64,000 bases of DNA from Mytilus edulis (taxonomy: Eukaryota), in assembly GCF_963676685.1 (NCBI RefSeq), contig NC_092344.1, forward strand, positions 76,818,001-76,882,000, written 5' to 3'. The notes under the pieces were generated by a model. It did not search any database and had not been told where the DNA came from. It worked only from the letters and a program-made list of their open reading frames with translations. Each line of letters opens with the position of its first letter. Position 1 is the first letter of the stretch. This document shows positions 38,783-51,700 of the stretch, piece after piece. Made by a program: the position numbers and the translations under genes.

Positions 38783-41320
38783 AACTGTGAATCATCGGAG
38801 TTTAGATATGTTCCCTATGGCCATGTTATTACAGAGGACCTCAATATCGTCCAGGACAGAGAGGTTAAAAATTTTTTGAAAAAAGGACCAGAATATCGTC
38901 CTCCATCTAAAATAGATTGGAAAGAGTGTCGTCAAGTCACCAAAGATGCTCTTTTCTCGTTTTGTAAAAAAAAGGTGTAAACGTGAAAAATCTGATAAAA
39001 AATCTCCTGATTCTTATTTAAATAAATGTATGAATGTGGTAGATAAGAGAATATCACATTTTGAAAATAATTTAGAAGTAAATAATAGAATACATAATAC
39101 ACCTATTTCCAGAATAAGAAATAAACTTCAAATACTTTCAAAGCGGTTTGTGTTTGTACCGGCCGATAAAGCAGCCAACAATGTGGTGGTGGTATGTAGT
39201 AAATACTACACGGACGTTCTTAAGAAATTTTAAATTCATCTACATTTAAGTCCATCCGCTCCACAGAGAGTCATATAGTAAATAAGCATATCACAACTAC
39301 ACCAAAGCTTAAGGCTTCTTTTGATCATATGAAGGTCCCTACTATGTATTGGCTACCTAAACTACACAAAAAAACATTTAAATATCGTTTCATCTCGGTC
39401 TCTAGTAAGTGTTCTACAACTATTCTTTCAGTGCTCTTAACTAGTTCATTAACTACTATTAAAGAGCTTATCATAAACTATTGTAATAAAATATATGAAC
39501 ATAATAGTATAAACCATTTTTGGATGTTTTAGATAAATTACATGCTTATGATGGTCCTTTTGATTCTGTTTATAGATTTGATTTTTCTACTCTTTACACT
39601 ACACTTCCAAACTATCTTATTAAACAAAAGTTTTCCTATTTAATTAAATGGTCGTTTGGTAAAGCTGAATGTAGATATATTTGCTGCAACTCATTTAAAG
39701 CCTTCTTCTCTAATGAGAAGGTAAATATGCTAGATATACTTACTGGAGGTGTGATGAGATGATTGAAGCTATTAATTTTCTCCTTGATAACATTTATGTA
39801 CGTTTCGGCAACAAAGTTTATCGACAGGTTGTAGGCATCCCCATGGGCACTAAGTGTGCCCCTTTGATAGCAGACTTGTTTTTGTACTGTTACGAATCAC
39901 AGTTCATGACTAAGATCAGTAAAGACGCGTCGAAATTGCATTTAATTGATAAATTTAACAACACCTACCGTTATCTTGATGATATATTTTCGTTAAATAT
40001 TCAAGAATTTTATCAATATACTGCGGAAATTTACCTCAAGGAACTTACTTTAAATAAATCAAATTTATTCGGTAATAACTGTCCTTTCCTGAATTTAGAT
40101 ATTTCGGTTTTAAACGGGAAAATCCACACTAAAATTTACGACAAAAGAGACGATTTTTCGTTCCCTATTGTTAATTTTCCATTTTTAGATGGTGATGTTC
40201 CTTTGGGACCATCTTACGGTGTTTATATTTCACAACTTGTTCGCTATGCCCGTGTCTGCTGTGACGTTTTTTATTTTAACGAACGCAACCTATGTATTAC
40301 TGGTAAATTATTAAACCAGGGATATCGTTACCATAAATTACTTAAAACCTTACTAAATTTTTCCATAGATATAAAGATTTGGTTTTGAAGTTTGGTTGTA
40401 CTTGTAGAAAACTTATTTCAAACGGGATGGCACATCCTCATTTTTACGGAAATGTTGTTAACCGTGCCCGGAAATTTAGAAATGATCCATGTAAACTTGT
40501 CGCTCCTTTAAATAAACTTATTCTAAAAGGTTACCCATTCAACACTGTAATAAGATCATTGAATATTGTTTTTATTGGTATAAATATTGATTTTGTTATC
40601 AGTAAATAAAAAGCTAACTAAATATACATATTCATGGAACTACAATCTGTCGATACCTGTAACTTGCCATTGCATAAGGTCATGTTTTTCTCTGGCTATT
40701 TATGACGTCTTTACACTAAATCCATTGGATGTTGAATGTGTACGAATTGATAGTTTAGTCTTAGTTGCATGATTTTTTTATTAGTTGTTAGTTGCTTTGA
40801 ACAAGCTGTCAGATAACTGCGAGTGCTCTCAGATTTGTTCATTGTGTCTTTATGTGTCGGGATGTAAAGGTACCGGGCCACGTCCACTGTATTTTTGTCC
40901 ATCTGATGAGTTAAGCCTTTTTCAACTGATTTTTATAGTTCGTTCTTATGTTGTACTGTTATACCACTGTCCCAGGTTAGGGGGAGGGTAGGGATTCCGC
41001 TAACATGTTTAACCCCGCCACATTATTTATGTATGTGCCTGTCCCAAGTCAGGAGCCTGTAATTCAGTGGTTGTCGTTTGTTTATGTGTTACATATTTGT
41101 TTTTCGTTCATATTTTTTTACATAAATAAGGCCGTTAGTTTTCTCGTTTTAATTGTTTTACATTGTGTTATCGGGGCTTTTTATAGCTCACTATGCGGTA
41201 TGGGCTTTGCTCATTGTTGAAGGCCGTACGGTGACATATAGTTGTTAATTTCTGTGTTATTTTGGTCTTTTGTGGATAGTTGTCTCATTGACAATCATAC
41301 CACATCTTCTTTTTTATATT
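38783..41320 (+). mobile_element. Penelope-like retroelement (Naiad/Chlamys-type architecture), 5'-truncated and frameshifted
   Basis: Frameshifted ORF 38783-40609: NCESSEFRYVPYGHVITEDL, KGPEYRPP, FVFVPADKAANN, MYWLPKLHK, FDFSTLYTTLP, RQVVGIPMGT.CAP, RYLDD, YDKRDDF, YISQLVRY. No GIY-YIG domain follows the RT, consistent with the N-terminal-endonuclease clade. About 700 bp of 3' region. Confidence 0.92.
40694..40760 (+). promoter_or_regulatory. SECIS-like element (type II) in PLE 3' UTR
   Basis: GGCTA-TTT-ATGA-CGTCTTTACACT(12 nt)-AAA-TCCATTGGA-TGTTGAAT-GTGTACGAAT-TGAT-AGTT-TAGTC: helix I, UGA/GA core, ~10-bp helix II, unpaired AAA, mini-helix III. Starts about 85 nt after the ORF stop. Confidence 0.65.
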
Positions 41321-42299
41321 TGTATCCAATAATCTTAACTTACATCTTAAAAATAGGCATACCGTACGCGTACAGTCCGACCGTATAGTCTGGAATAGTT
41401 ACACTTACATTAAGATGTTATTTTCATGAATCGAATTACACAATCGACATTTTGCTAAATTTTGTAAGGGCTGGTATGTTGAAATAATTTCTGATGACAA
41501 CCTGCCAATGCTGTAAATATATCAAACGAGTAAAAGAAAAACAGCAAAAAAAAAAAAGAATGTATACGTGTCATTATAAACATAAATGTATACGTATAAT
41601 GTATAACTATTGATATAGCATTCTTCTGTTTTCATTGGATATCACGATCACTTGTTTCAAATAGTATTTCATGTATCTGAAGACTTGTTTCTATTTTAAA
41701 GTTTATTGCCGCTATATTTCTATTGAAATGTATTTTGACGGTCAATATTAAAAACCTGTGACATCTCACAAAAATTATGGCGGGACCGCCAATAGACTGA
41801 AAATCGTCCCTTTTGCATTCTTATTGTTTCCAAACAAAAAAGAAATGTTATGTTTTTTGTTAACAATTACACAAGGTAGTCTAATTTCTTAATATTTTCA
41901 ATAGCATTTGAAAAATCCTGTCATTTTTTTTAAATACACAGAAGGTGTTGAATTATTTTTTTTAAATACATCATTTATATAATATGTAATAAAAGGATTA
42001 AGGACTTTTCGTCCTTGGTGAATATAATCTTAACAGGTCCATATATAACGTATTGACTTGGTCAAAAGTCCATTATTGATAATTAATGATCATGCTGATA
42101 TGTTTTCACTGGAAAATTCAAAGACTGGCGTAAATACAAAAATTAATCCTGGTATTTATGAATCTAATGAATTTGAGGGACTATCCAATTATTTTCATGT
42201 TTTCAATTTTGTATAAAGCCGTCAATAACTATATTCCCGGTTTTCACATATTTAAAACTAAACAGCTACAATTTTGTATAAGCCAAATTGACAAAGCTA

Positions 42300-44040
42300 T
42301 AAATGGTATATAGACCCTACAAAACCTCCGAAGATGATTCCCAGTCGTCTATATCTATCATTTTAGACCACAAAAACGGCCCTACAGTTTTCTGATCTAG
42401 GTACCTACTTTAGTTGTACAATGCCTCCTTCTGGCGAACAAAATTTTAAATTGTCACATGTGGAACACTGTTAATGCATTTAAGTGATATTTTATTCCTT
42501 TTACACAGTTCTAGAGTAAAAGCAGATACGGCTACGTAACTAGCACCTGAATACACCACTATATTTGGTAAAGTGTCATTCACAGAAATCTTTTGATTAA
42601 ATTTTAACTCTGCTAACACACAATCAGTGTAACCAATATTTAATGTACCATCCCATGATTTTCTGTTCTCAGTTGCAAAATATGAATGTCTTGTCATTAG
42701 GCTAGTGACATTGCCCATACATGTAACTGGAGACATAGAAGCTATTCACCTCAGAACTGTGCTAACCCACCTGGCAACTTACTTGTATTGTGTTACTATT
42801 CAAACTATTGGAAAGTGACTCAGAGGTTTCATTTTATCAACGATCAGGAACTGCTAAACTACAGTTTACCGAATCCGAAATAAATCCAAGACACTCCAGG
42901 CACTGAACAAGATTAACAATAGTATTGATTGTTGTCCGAATTCAGACATATTTTGACATTCTAAATACCCTTCTGGCATACCCAAACAATCATCCATTAA
43001 AGTCCTATGTTGTCACTGCTTTCACGCCAATATTTAACAATTAATCGAAAACATTATTCAAACAGGAGAATCAACCGTCTTATCTATATTAAAAAAAAAA
43101 CAGAAACGAGAAGCACATCAACAAACGACAACCACTTAACATCAGGTATATGCGGCTCTTTACAATTGAAAATAAATTTAAATAAATATACATGGTATAT
43201 GTCTATCTTAAAACCTGCACTGTTTCAATCTTCGAATTCAAGTTAATATTTCAAAACTTCAGATAAATCTAATATTAATCTCTTTTTTTTCGAGTTTTTT
43301 TAATTGCAAGGCTTAATGAGTTCACTACAACAATTATGATATGGTATTTAATATAAGCATTCGTTGCTCGAAAGATCAGAAACCGCCTGCTTTAAAACAT
43401 CAGTATTATTTATTGCAGACTTATGATGGCAAAAATTCAGAGAGGGGGGGACTTACAAATGGAATCAATTAATTAACTTTTATATTATCAATTATGAAAT
43501 TGCTAGATCTAATATAATCCACAAAAGCTACATTTTATATATGGTACATTTAACGCATTTAGCGAATTTACAACAGTCACTTTTATAAAAAAAAAAGTTT
43601 GACTATGTTTCACTTTAAGATAAGTCCAGATATTTAATTATTGAAACGCAATCTTCCCTCGAAAAGCATTTTTGTAGATTATGTTGGTCAGCACGAGGAC
43701 TTCTGAATTGAAGTTAAATTGAATTTGATTACTGTCACTATTGAGTTTCACTGACGCTATTTTTTCCACTTGGTGGTTAGCTTGTTCTTCAATACAGATA
43801 TTTTATGATCAAACTACGACGTCAACAATCGAAAGGTACTGTCACTTGATTGTTGCTGTGGCACAGTTTCTGGTGTCGGTATTGGTGCAGACAAACTAGG
43901 AAATACAGCTTCTCTTTTAAGAAGTAATAGAGTTTTATACTTGTACAGTAGTTGTTTGTCTTCGTTTTCAGAACGGTGGACTGTCATGGTAAATAGAGAC
44001 AAGGCAGTTGTAAGGAGTATACTATTCAGCTACTCAGCAT
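42300..44040 (-). mobile_element. Decayed DIRS-like (tyrosine-recombinase) retrotransposon remnant
   Basis: Minus-strand fragments SNQIQFNFNSEVL (gag-like), LMDDCLG, ECLGFISDSVNCSLAVP, IASMSPV..MGNVTSLMTR..ENRKSWD, VVYSGAS (RNase H DAS site decayed) and MIDIDDWE. Confidence 0.65.
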
Positions 44041-44053
44041 AAGACAGATCGTA

Positions 44054-44307
44054 CAGCCGATTGCATTGAGTTTGTAGGGAAAGGTAGAATCCTTGGTTAG
44101 CTTTCTTGTCAGCTAAATCGTGTAGGCATGATTAGGTAAGGTGAACTATCATCCTTTATGAGTACACTAGTGCGACAGATAATCAATTTATCTGCCTGTA
44201 AGACTAGGCTACTTTAATAGGAGGTAAGTTTATTTTACCTAATAATGACTAACAAGCAAGCTTACCAATGATTCTACCTTTCCCTACACACGCAATGCAA
44301 TCGGCTG
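44054..44307. mobile_element. 254-bp MITE with ~60-bp TIRs
   Basis: TA|CAGCCGATTGCATTG..GTAGGGAAAGGTAGAATC ... GATTCTACCTTTCCCTAC..CAATGCAATCGGCTG|TA. Confidence 0.88.
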
Positions 44308-45290
44308 TAATAGTTACATTACAAATTGCATTTCGTTTATATTAAACCACAAGCACAAGCGAAACACGAGCCAAATCATTAGAGACAGAATACCTGTTTG
44401 AATCAGACAATTATACTTGCAGTGCACACATTTCATCAAATGAAAAACCATGGCTAACATTACAGGTGTTCTAAAACATGTTGATGGAAACACGTGTTTT
44501 ACCAAAAAAAAATATACGTGCTTTCGTACTATCAATAAATATATCTGTTTATGATATAATTTAAACTAATGATCCGACAATCTGATAATAATATTCATGT
44601 GTATGTTAGCACGGATCGAATTCATACTTTTCTAGCTGTTTATGATGTCTTTGTACTTAATTTGTTGGACACCTTAATCTGGGAGGGCAAGATTTATTTA
44701 TTAGCTGATGCTTGCTTTGTATTAGCTTTCAGAAATAATGGGTTCCCTCAGATTGGCAGTTTGTATCTTCTTTCTCAATATTACTATTTCTGTGTGCTTC
44801 AAGCCGATCTTATGAATAAAGCCATTTCTTACTGAGTTTAACAGATTTGTTCTTACTTTATGATGTCACGTTATTGTTCTATTGTGAAGGTATAGTTGTA
44901 GTACTAGGGGGTGTACCCTGCGTTTTTCTCTACCTTCTTTTCTCAAGTAAGGAGCCTGAAATTTATTGATTGTCGTTTGAGTATTTTGTCAAACAGTTTA
45001 AACTGTGTCGCAGTTTGTCAGGTTTTTTTTTATAGCTGACTATACAGTTTTGGGTTTTCTCATTGTTGAAAGCATTATCAAGACTTCCTTGATTATGTTG
45101 GATAGATGAGTCCTTAAATGAATATCATATCATACATGTTTCGTAATTTGGAAATTTGTTTATCATATTTTCTTGAAAAGGTAAAATGATTTCATCTTAT
45201 ATGAATCAATATCTACATTTAAATTATCATTAACGTTGGAAAGACACCATGTCTAGTTTTTATATATTTCAGCTAACTGAGGATCTTGAA

Positions 45291-45352
45291 ATGGTGGCTC
45301 GATTGTGTAATAGACAAGTCTTTTTCAGAGTAAGGAATTTCCAATTAAAACT
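45291..45352 (+). CDS. GT31 glycosyltransferase, putative first coding exon
   Basis: ATTTCAG| acceptor at 45272; MVARLCNRQVFFRVRNFQLK then CT|GTAAGT, a phase-2 donor that joins in frame (CT+A = Leu) to the exon at 59591 and supplies a basic cytoplasmic tail. Confidence 0.55.
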
Positions 45353-48300
45353 GTAAGTTTTACTTTATATGCATAATACTAAAACTAATATTAACTCTAC
45401 CTATTACATTGTTTGCCTCACAAATTATTTTGTTATTACAAAATTGAATTTTGTGTACACAAAATTGATTTTGATAACAAAAAGTTCAACTCCTACTCGG
45501 CGCCCTGTAGGACGTAGTTGAGGATTTTGTGTCCTTGTTTATTTTCCCTATGATTCAGGATAAAATATTATTATTCATTGCAACCATTTTTCTTCTCAAA
45601 TAAATTAAACGCTTGAATAGCTCATAAAAGGTTACTTTCCAAAATTGTTAGCCGATTCATGATTTTGTTTCTTTCGATTTTAGACCAAAATATGACAAAT
45701 GTAAATATAAGGCAAAAATCAGAGTCTGGCTTTTTTTCAAAAACTACAATATCTCGAAAAAGAGCTCCACAAACTTTTAATACTTTTGGCATATTTTGTT
45801 CTTTAACGTATGCTGTTCTTAATGGTATCAATTTTTTATTCTTGTTTTTTTTTTAATTCACCTAAGTACATCCTTGATAGGTACTAAACCTTAATGTCAG
45901 ATTCTGTACTAAGTCAAACATCTATACACAAATATTGATACAAATCTATATTTATTCTTATTTACAAAATTAAAAAAAAAAATATTGAGGTGAAAATATT
46001 CTAATATGACGTGCGTCTTTCACGTTGTGAATAAACCCATGCTCTTAATCCAATAAAATTTGTTTGCACATGCGTATATTGACTTTTGCAGAATAATGAA
46101 GTTTATCAAACTGGCATTCATTTAATATATTTCATTAAGTAAAACAAATATAAACTCTAACGCAAATTTTGTTACTAATTCATTATGACTGTAATATGTT
46201 GCAATTCGAAATTGACATATTTAACCTAGATACGAAAATCGTTCATGCTGGCTGTTCAAAACTCGTCCCTCTGAAAAATCACTTTGCCAGTTTGCTTGTT
46301 AACAAACAAAAAAGGGAGGTTCATGGAAGAGCCTACATATCGGACATAGAAATTACCAAAATTGTCCTAACCAGAATCGAAATGATTGATGCAAGCTATA
46401 TTTTATTGTAGTTTTAACATGGGTAGGCATTATATTCGTGTTATTTAAGCCCTCACTATCGCTCGGGAAAAAATATCATTAATATAAAAGCATAAAAGCA
46501 AGTAGAACTGCCATATCATTTGTATATAATGAATATTATAAACAAAGGCTTGTAAAAAGTTGTATGCTCTGTTAAACTTAAACATGTGTATATTAAAACT
46601 TCCTTAGTATAACTGGTTGTTCATCTATTGTTTTGTCAAAATGGACTACGGGATATACATGTAAAAATCTAATATACTTTGACAGAAGGTAAGACTGAAA
46701 AATTGCCACAAGCAATCAAAATTCTTTTAATTCACTCCATATATTTTTTCATATGATATTCACGTTAGAATTAGAATAACCACTAATACATTACTCTTTC
46801 GTTTTATTACAAATATTTGCTGATATATTCATTCAGGAATAAGTTATAAGCGTTTCTGTGTTTGATAATGAAAAGATGTTTGTTTTACACTATGGGAAAA
46901 CTCTACGACAGGGCAAACATGATAGTATAATGTTTACTCTATCATCATGAGGATTTTCACACCGTTTGATCTTATGCATGCATCAGCATAGTCAAAATGT
47001 TAAAAACAGGATTGTTAAATTAAAGGACAACATTTTAATAAAGGTATTACTCATATTACATTTTTAATGTCAAAAATTCGTTGGAAGTACTTGATAAATT
47101 ACAAATAAAAAAGAAGATGTGGTATAATTACCAATGAGACAACTGTCCACAAGAGTCCAAAATGACACAGACATTAACAACTATAGGTCAACAATGAGCA
47201 AAGCCCATACCGCATAATCAGCTATAAAAGGCCCCATTATGACAATGCTTATACTATTGATTTTGAATCTGTTCAAACTTTTGATTTTCTACCCTATATA
47301 CCACTTTGCCTCATATCTTATTAAGAAAACATTCACTCACTTAATCAAATGGGCATTTACAATCATGCTAATACATATGTTCTAACTCTTTTAGTTCATT
47401 TTAGTAGCAATACACAAAATAACTGTGTCAGTTGGACATGCTTTGATATTATAACTTGCATGTGTATTAGATACTATCTGTGTTCGCTTTTGAGATTCCG
47501 TTTATCGTCAAGTTATCGAAATTCCAATTGGGACGAACTGTGCAACACTTATTGCGGACCTGTTTCAGTATTTTTATGAGTTACAATTTATGTCTAAAAT
47601 CAGTAAAGGTTCATCGAAACAACATCTGATACACAAATTAAACAATACTTTAAGATATTTGGATGATATATTGGCACTCAATAATGATGGCTTCAGTATG
47701 TATACTAAAGCAATTTATTCTGTTGAACTAACGTTAAAAATGGCAATACTTATAATGAGCACTGCCCTTTCCTCCATCTTGATATCTATATCATTAAAGG
47801 GAAACTCAATACCAAAATTTATGACAAAAGAGATGATTTTTCTTTTCCTATCGTTAATTATCCATTTGTGCATGGTGACTTCCCTTGTCGCCATCTAATG
47901 GTGTTTATATATCTGAACTTGTAAGATTCGCTCGCGTATATAACAACGTGTCAGATTTTAGCGATAGAAATTTATGTAATTCTGAAAAGTTATTACATCA
48001 GGGTTTTTGACATCACAAACTAGTTAAAACATTTACCAAATTTTATCATCGGCACAAGGACATCATTCACAAAAATAAATCAACAGGTAGACATTTTATA
48101 CGTTCAGGTATTTCACATCCAATTTTTTATAGTAATATTTTACAAAGCACACACATGTCGGCATTAACCTCAAAAGCTAACAAAACCTTTAAACAAACTT
48201 ATTACATTTTGTAAGAAGGGAAATGGCAACGATACTGTTGTCAGGTCATTAAAGATTGCATATTTTTACTCTGATATTGAATCACTTTTTTGCATCAGAA

Positions 48301-48354
48301 ATTAACACATTCATTGTAAAACCAGTTGTTGGCATGATACGGGTTATGGTCTTC

Positions 48355-48420
48355 TCATATATTTGATGAAGGTATAATACTATCCCCCTAACGGGAGGGG
48401 TTGTACTTGATTTTCATATG
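48355..48420 (+). promoter_or_regulatory. SECIS-like hairpin of the second PLE subfamily (apical AA decayed)
   Basis: CATAT..ATGA-AGGTATAATACT(12 nt)-AT-CCCCCTAACGGGAGGG-GTTGTACT-TGAT..ATATG; helix II GGTATAAT/GTTGTACT. Confidence 0.5.
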
Positions 48421-48711
48421 ATGAAGACATAATCTTTCAATCAGCTTAATTGAAGTGTGGAGCTGGCTTGTCAATAACTGCTAGTGGTCCTTTGTTAATA
48501 TATGTATCATTGTCATTTTGTTTAGTTTCTTTTGTTACCTATTCAGACATCGGACTCCGACCTTTTTTTAACCGAGTTTTACTTTTCGTATTGTTGTGTG
48601 TTATGTTTTTTCTACATTTGATAGAGGTATAGGGGGAGGGTTGATATCTCAAAAACATGTTTAACCCTGTCGCATTGTTGCGCCTGGACCAAGTCAGGAG
48701 AATTTGGTTAG

Positions 48712-51700
48712 TGTTGTGAACGTGTTTTGGTACATGTTCATTGTCCGGTATTTGGATAAACCGAGATGTTTTGACTATAAAATTCAGTGTTAAACGTAAT
48801 TTAGTCAATTCAAAATTATGATATTATTGTGATCACGTGGGACTTTATTAGTTTGTATAATTGCTCAAACCTGAGAATGCTTAGTTAATTAGAGAGGCAT
48901 ACTTTTAATAAATTCACCAAAGTTCATTACAGGTTTTCATGTACGAGTTATCCTTTCCTGAATAGTAAATATCTCAATCTAGGAATATTTAAATAATAAA
49001 CCGGTTAAATGTATGTTCATTGTTTATTGAATATGGTAAATATTGTATGAAGTATTTTAGTTACTTTCAGTTCCTATTGATATGAATTCCGCGAGTCATT
49101 TGGTTTTAATGGAAAAAAGGCTTGTTTTGGCGTAAACCGTCACTTTGAAAAACAAACTCAGGAAGCAACGCTTGACTGCCCAGCTGATCGGATGTTTTTC
49201 TGATAGCAAAGCCTTTTTTTATAAATTGAGGATCCATTTAGATTGAATATTCAATTCGCGAAAGTTTGGTTAAAGTACGTATGTGTATTTTATTTACAGA
49301 CTTCCAGTATTTATTTTGTCATAAAACGGTGAAATCCGTGACGGATATTTTCTGGAATCTGGGTCAATGTTATTCAAAATTAGAGAGTTTCGAAATCTTG
49401 ACATAAATTCAAAAAATATTTTTGTCCGCTGTTTGTTCCGATTTTAGGTGTGAAAGTGGGAACGCTTCCATCCATAGGGTAAAAAAATAACCAATAACTA
49501 AAATAAATTTACTATTTTTCCGACTCTTAGGTAAAGATTCTATCACATCTAATGTAACTCTATCCATGGGATGACACACAACAAAATTATGCAACGCAAC
49601 TCTTGGTTTCCAATCTAAAGCTTTAGTTTGGTTACAAACAGTACAGTTATATACATGTAATTTTATTTCTTCATTCATTTTGTACCAGTGGAAGCTTGTT
49701 CAATTTTTCAAGCGTTTTATGCATTTCAAAATGTGCAGAGGATAATGTATCATGACAGGTAGTAATAACTTCTTTCTACAAAATTTTAGGAATCAATAAC
49801 TGATATGAGACCTCGGATGTTTCTGGATAGGCACGCTTTTGATATAAGACCACATGTTTCCTATCTGGAAGATTAAAATTAGGCCAATATTTTCTTGCTG
49901 CTTGACTCGAAGATACAGTATCGTCTCTGCGAGGTAGACAAATTTTATCAAACCATACATATATGCATGTATTGGCTTTGATCATTATCTTTCTTTTTTT
50001 ACAAAATCAATATTTGAGTCACTGTCCAATCAATTTGACTGATTGAATCTCTTATTTTGACTTCTTGTCACCACCATGACGTTTAAATTACTTCCGACTT
50101 TACCTAACTAAATCAACTAGTTATCTACAGAATCTTTAAATTCTGACCATTCGTCAGCAATTTCAAGGCATTCCTTACAATGAGGATCAATTTACCCCTT
50201 GTTTTTGTGTGTACATAATAAAATATTCCCGTATTTTCTGGACACTGCAGCCGCATTTTGATGTTTTATTCCAGGTCTATGTTCAACATCAAAAGTATAT
50301 TGGGACAAAGTCATCAACCAACGAGCCAGATGTCCCGGTGGATATTTGAAAGCAAAAAGTCATTTTAATGACACATGATCTGTACGTAACAGAAATTTTC
50401 TACCCTAAAAATAATGCCAAAATTAATGAATGAATTTGACCATTACGAGCAGTTCATGCCTGGTTACACTATATATATTTGTTTTGTCTTGTCACGTTTT
50501 TTCGAGCCACAAGCATTATCTTCTCCCTGTTATTTTGAATCTGGGAAAGGAAGGCTCCAATGCCTACATTGGAAGCATCAATGTCAAGAATATAACCACC
50601 ACGTGGACGCGGATTAGCCAAAACTGGAGCTTCATACAGTGCCTAACTGACACTATATTGACCAGTTAAAACAAACGTCCTTTCGAGTTAATTAGCTTAT
50701 TGGAGAATCTTCATCGCTGAACCCTAATATAAACTGACGATAATATTTACATTATCTAAGAAACTGTGAGACTTATTGAACATTCATTGGAACTTTCCCT
50801 TTTTTTATGACTCAACTATTTTAGGATTTGGGTGAATACCTTTTTCACTCACAATGTGACCTAAATACACCACTTCATATTCAAGGAATTCACATTTTGA
50901 AGTTGAGGCCCAGAATTGTGTAGACGTCGTAGAACTTTACTAAATTGAACAAAATGATCGTCAAGGTTGAACTATATATTATTATATTGTCCAGATACAA
51001 AAGAAGTGTTTTCCACTGTAAACCCCTAAATATTAATTACATACAACGTCGAAAAGTATAAGGAGCATTGTTCAACTCAAATGGCATTTTAGTGTACTCA
51101 ATTGCAAACAATCCATATTTGGTGATAAACACTGTCTTGTGACGGTCCTCTTACGCTATTTGTAACTGCCAGTAACCTGACTGTAAATCACAAACCGAAA
51201 ACAAACCGATGCATTTGCCAAGCAATCGAGACAGGAAGCTATTTCAAGACGACGATACGCATCTTTAATTCTACTTTGGATAAATATCCTGTAATCAATG
51301 CGCCACCTCACAGTCCAATATCCAGTCGATATTACATTATTTCTCCCATCAAAAGATTGGGGTTGGGTAAAAGGTCTGGGTCGAGGTCCCAATTGCTATT
51401 AACGCGTTTTGACATTTCAAATATTTCAACAACTGAGGTTTTTTACTGCCAAAAACCAAATCAATCAAATCTCTTCAATATCAAAATTAATACTGGCAGT
51501 GTTCACTACTTATATATGTAACCAATAGGTCTCACTACTAAAAATATAAAATGTTCACTTCTTATAGATTTAATCTGTAGTTTTAACTACTTGTAAATTT
51601 AACCTGTAGTCTTCACTACGTATATATGTAACTTACCAGTCATGTTATCTATAGTTTAAACTACTTATATGTGTAAACTGTAGTTTTCACTTCTTATAGA

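Larger units (their letters stand above)
38310..41407. mobile_element. TIR element hosting the Penelope-like insertion
   Basis: Imperfect TIRs TAAGTGGTTACTTTCCAAA / TCTGGAATAGTTACACTTA, with CGACCGTA-type subterminal motifs at both ends. Confidence 0.55.

Noticed and set aside
40900-40931. Hammerhead or box C/D RNA at CTGATGAG...CTGA
   Set aside because: No GAAA core or stem II for a hammerhead, and no terminal stem or adequate length for a snoRNA.
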